From assembly GCF_009914755.1 (NCBI RefSeq), contig NC_060932.1: a stretch of DNA of 64,000 nt; one strand, given 5' to 3'. Under the pieces are notes generated by a model. That model ran no database searches. It saw nothing but the letters and a program-made list of their open reading frames with translations, and was not told the DNA's origin. The position numbers and the translations under genes are program-made. Shown one piece after another: positions 55,374-64,000 of the stretch (within the stretch, counting starts at the first letter, position 1; each line of letters starts with the position of its first letter). This DNA is from the human T2T-CHM13v2.0 reference genome, Homo sapiens.

Positions 55374-56461
55374 AGCACCCCAGGAGAGTCAATTTCCCTA
55401 TCATATATGTCAAATGTTACCATGGTTTTATTAATATCATTAAGATATCTGTTTCTGGTTATATTGGAGTAGTTGTGCTTTTATGTCATTCAATGGGTCA
55501 AAAAAATAAGTGACTTGTTCATTATAAATTTTAAAGTAGTCATGTCTCAAAACCTAGGGTTAATGTGAAAATAATTTATTTGAAAAAAAAGCTACCGTCA
55601 TTTGAAATTACCTAAGACAAAGTATTTTACTTTATTTCACATATAAATAAATACTTTATTTCAAAGTATTTCACTTTTAATCAAACGTGAAGCAGTGTGA
55701 TTTTAATATAAAAACATAACTCAGTGTCAGTAAATCATAATTTGACACTACAGCCAATACCTATTTAATTGTTTTGGTAAAATATGTGACTCTTCTTTAT
55801 AAGACTGAAATTCATTTATCTAGGTAAAAGTGAAAAAATAAGTCTTAAAATGAATTAGAAAAATTTTGTGTGAAGTATTTATACCCAAGATTTTTGTTAA
55901 CATCAGATATCTTCTTATATTTCAAAGTAAAATGATCACTGTCACCTTAGCCCACCTTAGGAATAAGACAAATATCTTAGGGCTTGACTTAGAGTCTTAT
56001 AGTTTCCATAGGATAACCAAATATACTATAAATTGTCCACAGATGCAACTTAAGTATTACTATACAGTAATTCTGTAATTGGAATATATACACATACAAA
56101 TGCTTTTGGCATTTTAATTTATTCATATCAAAGCTACACCTGCATTTAGCATTTCCATTATTTTTACTTTAAAAATTCTTAGTATAATTATTTTAAAGAC
56201 TTCTTTGGCTTTCTGCTTTTAAAGAGTTTTGCTTAAATGCTTGCTTTATTTAAAAACAAAATAAGATAATGAAGTTAGCTAGATATTGTTTACATGAAAT
56301 TTTGCCCCATTTTCCGTTTTCATTTAAATTGGATTGACATCAAACTTAATATGACTGTGAGAGCTCAACTGTTAATTCAAACATTATAGAAAAAAATAAC
56401 TGTGGGACAAGGAGGGACCAGATGCCCCATTGCATGCTCTCAGCCAATGAAAAACAAATCA

Positions 56462-56824
56462 TGCTTAGTCAGATTGGGATGCTATAACAAAAACACCATA
56501 GACTGTGTGTAGCTTAAACAATCAACATTTATTTCACAGTTTGGAGGCTGGGAAGCCCAACATAAGGACTGGCAGATCCAGTGTCTGGTCAGCGCCTTCT
56601 TCCTGGCATGTAGACAGTGGCCTTCTTCTTGAGCTTCACAGGCAGAGCAGAGAGATAGATCATCTCTCCAGAGTCTCTTCTTATAAGGGCACTAATCCCA
56701 TTATGAAGGCTCTACCTTCATTACCTACTTACTTCACAGCAGCCCCACCTCCAAATACCATCATACTGGGGATTCAGGCTTCAACATATGAGTTTTGGGG
56801 TCACACAAACATTCAATTTATATT
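56462..56824 (-). mobile_element. MLT1A-family LTR
   Basis: gctataacaaaa..ccatagactg..., ggaggctgggaag, tcttcttataagggcactaatccc, ccccacctccaaataccatca, gcttcaacatatgag. Confidence 0.85.
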
Positions 56825-58393
56825 GTTAATTATTCTTAAAGCAAAGTCATTCAGCTACTTCTTGAAGACCACCAGAAATGGGAATCCGACTACTTTATAA
56901 GGCAAAATATTCAGGGGAGCTTGCAAGTGCATGTGATCTTTCAGATTTTTTAAATCAATTTTTCCATATTGAAATTGTATAGTTTTTCATAGCTAAAATC
57001 ATTTTTAATAAGGTTTTATACACACATACATACATATATATTCAGTTATTTTTAGAGCTTCAATCCACACACTGTGTAAAACCTTCATTCTCAGCACATA
57101 TTCTGAAGAATACTACCACCTCTAATACACTATCAGCAGAGCCATTCAACTCTCTCCATTTTACAATGAAATTAAAAACATGAAGACTCATGATTTGGGA
57201 TACTCACAAGGAGCAGAAAAATGTTTCTGTAATTGGTTTATGAACCTACAATTGGTTTAAACAAAGGAATGCATACATACAGTTCCCATCAAATATTGCA
57301 TCTCAAGGTTTCCGAGGACTTTGCAAAGATTAGATAGCCCATGTTTCTATCCAGATTTGAATCCTCTCTATAATGTTCCCAAGTTTTTAATTTTAAAAAA
57401 CTCCATTATTACATGACAATTATTTAAATATTTATGAGCTCTTACTTAAATTCTATACTGGAATTGAATATAGTATGCAAATGAAATCTATATTTTCAGA
57501 GTATTACAAAGTGATATTACTTGATCCTCTGTTACTATAACATAATGGCATAAGATTATTCAATTCTATCTTAAAAGTTTCCCAAGTTTTATTTGTCATT
57601 GATATATGTACTTAGCTGTGCCTTAACATTAATCAGAATTTAAGACATTATTTCATGCTTCTTAGGTCGTGAATGGATTCTATAGAGAATAAGATTAATA
57701 CTTTTCCTCAAGAAAGATATTATAGACTTTCCTTAATGAGTAGTAGGTCTCTATACACAACCATACATTCCTCCTCCTTTTCCCTTTGTAGTAAATGGCA
57801 TGACCTTTCAGTAAAGAGATATTAATGAATATTGGAAATTGCACTAAGACAGTAGTCTGGAGACTGTTTCTTACCTTTGGCTCCATCAGTAAGTAGCTGA
57901 TTGACTTTAAGCAAGCCTGTCAATTGTTCTATGCTCTATATATTGTATTTATGAAATGAAAACTTTGAATCAGATAAATTCTAAAGTATTTGAAAGTTCT
58001 CAAACTCTGTGAATATCTAAATCGATGCTAACTCAAAAGTTATCATCAATATCTGTCTCCCTAGAAAGTCAGAATTTAAAATATCAAGCTAGGTATAAAT
58101 ATAATTTAACCTAAAACTTTTTCCATTAGCTTGGTAAGTTTCAATATCTTTACCGTACTAAGTAAATGACAGCAAATTTTTAGGTTACCCTGATTTAAAT
58201 TCAGAGAAACACATGGATTGATATAATAGTAAGGTAAGTTTTTATTCGCGCATGAAACTTCTTGATTAAAAGCTCCTCTATGTGTGTGCATCTAGGTGTG
58301 TCTGTGTATGTGTAATATTTGCCTGGCTTCTGCATTAGGGGTCATTATAATGTGTATGACTGAGGAAAAGAATGCCTTTCAGCCAGTCAGTGC

Positions 58394-58396
<3 letters not shown>

Positions 58397-58424
<28 letters not shown>
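58397..58424. repeat. (TG)n microsatellite
   Basis: Read directly. Confidence 0.9.
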
Positions 58425-61400
58425 ATTTTGGGTAGGTGCAACAACACATAATAAACAGTTCTTATGTATGAATGATATAGCTTAAAGATGAACTTCTATG
58501 TAAAAATAGCTTTTTCTGTTAATATATGTGAAAATGTTCTATGATAAGTACTACTTTTCTGGAAAGAGTACAATATCATGATTTGTTGTTCATTACCCAT
58601 TCAATTGCTTCAAATTCAGCATCTGGTTCTCATTACAAACTTGTTGTATTTAGTTTTGCTTCAGTGTTATCAGTTGCTCAAGTGAATCAATACAATTTTC
58701 AAGAATTTTAGAATAAGTTTGTTTATTGGCTGATATATGTTGGCTTTTTATATATTTATAAACAAATGTCTGTTTTTATTTCAGTAAAATGAATTAGAGA
58801 TTGGTTATATTAAAAGAAATAATACTATATAATACTCTATTATTATAAAAATGAAAATAGTTATTTAAGTATAATATATATTAGTGAAACATTTTGTCAC
58901 ATTAAATTTGGCAGTTTCTAATCATAGTAAGTGTTGTTCACATCATCTTATTGGACCATTGACATAGGTTTAATATTTAAAATTATACAATCATTGTTAA
59001 TATTGCTTAATTGAAAAACATGTTTGTATGGCCTACAAAAAGTGCTTATTTGGAATATACACTAAAGATTTATCCATTATTTATCTCAAATTTAAATTTA
59101 TCTAGGCATCCTGTATTTTATATAGCAAATCTCTTTAGCATGTAAATATACAAGAGGTTAAAGCTTTTTTCTGAGCTATAGATAGATGGATAGATAAATA
59201 TAGCATCACCTCAGTTATCTGGAAGTCAAACTTTATACTTGTTAAGGCTAAAGAATGAGATACCGTCCGAATTACAGGCAGACAGGGAGGTAAAGAATGT
59301 AAACAGGGAAGGAAGAAAAAGAGAAGAAAATAACAAGCTACTCTGGCTCCATAAACATGACTTGCGAACATCTATTAATAGCAACTGTGAAAATAGCCAA
59401 ACTCAGAGTAAGAAGGATTGAGCCTGATGCTCCGAAATTGCTGTACTCACACCAAGTGAAAAGCAACACTCATATCAGCAATCAATTGCACAAAACCTGA
59501 GAACCGTTTAAGAGAGAATGAGAAAGCAAAAAGAACAAAAGAGAAATGATGGGAAAGAGACAAAAGAGAGTTAGTTACAAAGAGCCAAGGTAATGACAAT
59601 AGGAGTGGAGGTCTTAATAGAACAGGAGATCCAGTGACTTAAATAAATTCTGCCATTGTAGAAATATAATGGAGTGGGTTTGTCTTTCATTCTCAAGAAC
59701 TGACAATAGTATAAGGGTGCCACTCCACTGAAAGCCACATTATCATTTGGCCAACTCAACTCTGTGGCATGCAAAGAATAGAAATTAAGAAAGTCCTGGC
59801 AAAACCATTTTTGGTTCAGGTAATCACAAGAATGAAAATCAGTCTTGCTGAAAATATGCAAATTTCAGTGATATGAGGGAAGATAAGTAATTTGCCTAAA
59901 GTCACCACAGCTAGTAAAGGAGTAAAATCAGGACTCACCCCATTACACCAAAGTGACACCAAACTTACACCAAAGTTACATGTTTATTTTACCTAATATT
60001 TTTATGTCTACCAACAGTTTATTTGCTCAGGAGGAAGAGTCACTATGGTAGAGAAGAGTTAAACCATAATGCAGTGGAGATATGTGACTTGCATGGTAGC
60101 TTATTCATGGGGAACAAAACCATATTAAGTATGTCAAAATCCAACAGGTGAAAAGGTGAGAAAATATCCTTATTGTGTTCTCATTCTAATTGAAAAGACA
60201 AAAACGCAGTATATGAAAATACTTAGGAAAGAGTCATGTGACAAATAAAAATGAAAGGAAGGTTAACTCTAAGTGCTGAGAAATAAAAACCCATGGAACT
60301 GTAGAATTCTGAGTAGTTTATTCCCAGAAGAGTTCAGCAGGAATTGAAAGCAGAATGTATAAAATATTGATGAATTCTTGACCACTTGAACATGTACTAA
60401 TGCTGTAATTAGTAAGTATCCTTGGCACACTGGTCACCTACTTACAAAATGCTTTTCTAACTATTTATATAAAAGACCTCCCAACCCTATATTTATTGTC
60501 AGTCACTATGATTCCAGTTGCCATGTTTTATTTTCTTTTTAGTTGTTTACCATTATGGTAAATTATCGCTTTATTTCCACCACTACCTTTGCAGTGGAGA
60601 AAATATAAGCTTCATGACAACAGGTACTTCCTCTGAACTGTTTGCTATTTTATCACCAACACCCAGCATAATGCCTGATTCAGAAAAGAAAGCTAAATCT
60701 TTGTTTAAAGAATGACAGAATGAAAGACTGATATTTATGAAAACAAATCCAGTGCCTGTAAGACATACAATTTTTGTTTGTTTTATGTTCTGGATTTTAT
60801 TATGGAGTATGGGTCTCATATTCCTTGGTTCTCTTGCATTTTAAAACCTATTCCCTGCTTTTGAACTCTCAGGTAACAAGTTGAGTTAGTATAAAATTCA
60901 TAGGTCACCATTTCTGTCAAATAATGAAAGTCCTTGGAGATTTCTGGCGCTGGTCATGTGATTATTTAATTTTGTTTAAATAATCAGTAATTATTTAGTT
61001 TAAATTATTTAATTCTGTTTAATTTGGAGGGTTTTTTGTTCATTTCCGTAGTATGTATTGTACTGGCTTAATCTGCTAAACTTCAGGGGCTGTTATTATT
61101 TCAATAAACTTTCTTCTATCATTTATTTCAATACTTTTACATTTTATTTGCTTTCTACCAACCAACTGTACTTCCTTCCTGTATTGTTAATTATTAGGAG
61201 GTATGATCAATAAGTCTAGAAATCATGATGGCTAATTTTCTTACCCAAGACATCTTGGAACTTTGGCTCGAAAGACACTGGAAAACAGCACACCACTCTC
61301 TAAGTGACTTGTTATTGAGACATACACAGCATGGCATGGTGACAATTAATGGCCCAATTGAAAAATTGTCTCTCTTGTAATTTTCTATGTAAGGATCATG

Positions 61401-61805
61401 GAAACAGACATTAATCAACTGTTTAGTTCCTAACAAGTACTGTACTAATACCAGTCCCCTATGAACTAGCTCTTAATGGCCCAGTTCTGCAGACAATCAA
61501 ACTTGCTCACACCCTCCTTAATCCAAAATACAGCTTACAAAGAGAAGTATATTTCCAGTCACCTTATTTTATAACCCAGGAAGTTAATCCAAAAGAGTTT
61601 AAGAGAATTGCTCAAAGTTAGCCCAGCCCCTCTCTTGACTCTCGCTTAATTACTTTTTTCCATTAAATAATTTGTATGTTACATTTGGACACTATAGATC
61701 AAAAGATTTGGGAATGTGGACTACATGAAAATGTGTAAAGAGATTACTTATGCCAACTCTTCAACCATCATGGAATTCTTTTATGTCATTTTCTAAATCA
61801 AAATA

Positions 61806-62258
61806 TAGTCATGTGTCACTTAATGACAGGGATGCATTCTGATAAATGCATTTCATTTTCATTATTGTTTGAATATCATAGAGTGCACTTACACAAACCT
61901 AGATGGTATAGCCTACTGTACATCTGGGCTGTATGGTATAGCCTATTGTTCCTAGGATACAAACCTGTACAGCATGTTACTGTACTGAATACCATAGGCA
62001 ATTATAACATAATGGTAAGTATTTATGTTTCTAATCATATCTAAACATAGAAAAGGTACTGTAAAAATGCAATATAAAAGACAAAAAAAAATGGTAGACC
62101 TGTATAGGACACTTACCCTGAATGGAGCTTGCAGGACAAAGTTGCTCTGGATGTGTCAGTTAGTAGTGAATGAACGTGAAGGCCTGGACATTGCTCTACA
62201 CTACTGTAAACACTGTACACTGAGGCTACACTAAATTTAATATTAAAAATATTTTTCT
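61806..62258 (+). mobile_element. Tigger3 (Golem/MER7-type) 5' part, interrupted by L1
   Basis: tagtcatgtgtcacttaatgacagggatgcattctg...cacaaacctagatggtatagcctac...caaacctgtacagcatgttactgtactgaat. Confidence 0.85.

Positions 62259-64000
<1,742 letters not shown>

Overview
Primate (human-like) genomic DNA containing the 5' end of MMP16 (MT3-MMP) on the minus strand. Coding exon 1 (46430-46561, 44 codons) sits in a CpG-island promoter (~46.2-48.15 kb). Positions 1-46429 are intron 1, with no further MMP16 exon recognised, and ~47-64 kb is upstream sequence. The rest is a typical interspersed-repeat landscape: about 15 Alus, a 3'-truncated L1PA, an L1PA 3' end, a near-full-length Tigger1, MER82/MER44/MER119/Tigger3/Charlie-type relics, THE1 and MLT1 LTRs, MIR, L2 and CR1 fragments. 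Nearly all other ORFs in the track are repeat-derived or chance. I see no evidence of a new multi-gene system. The most unusual structures are: (1) a polyadenylated, TSD-flanked ~170-bp retro-inserted fragment inside Tigger1; (2) an Alu whose TSD encloses extra sequence and a second A-tail (possible Alu 3' transduction); (3) a ~600-bp AT-rich palindrome with 46-bp arms; (4) a strong-Kozak uORF, the G-quadruplex and GGC/TGC repeats in the MMP16 leader. Repeat subfamily names come from remembered consensus sequences, not a RepeatMasker run, and boundaries of old repeats are approximate.
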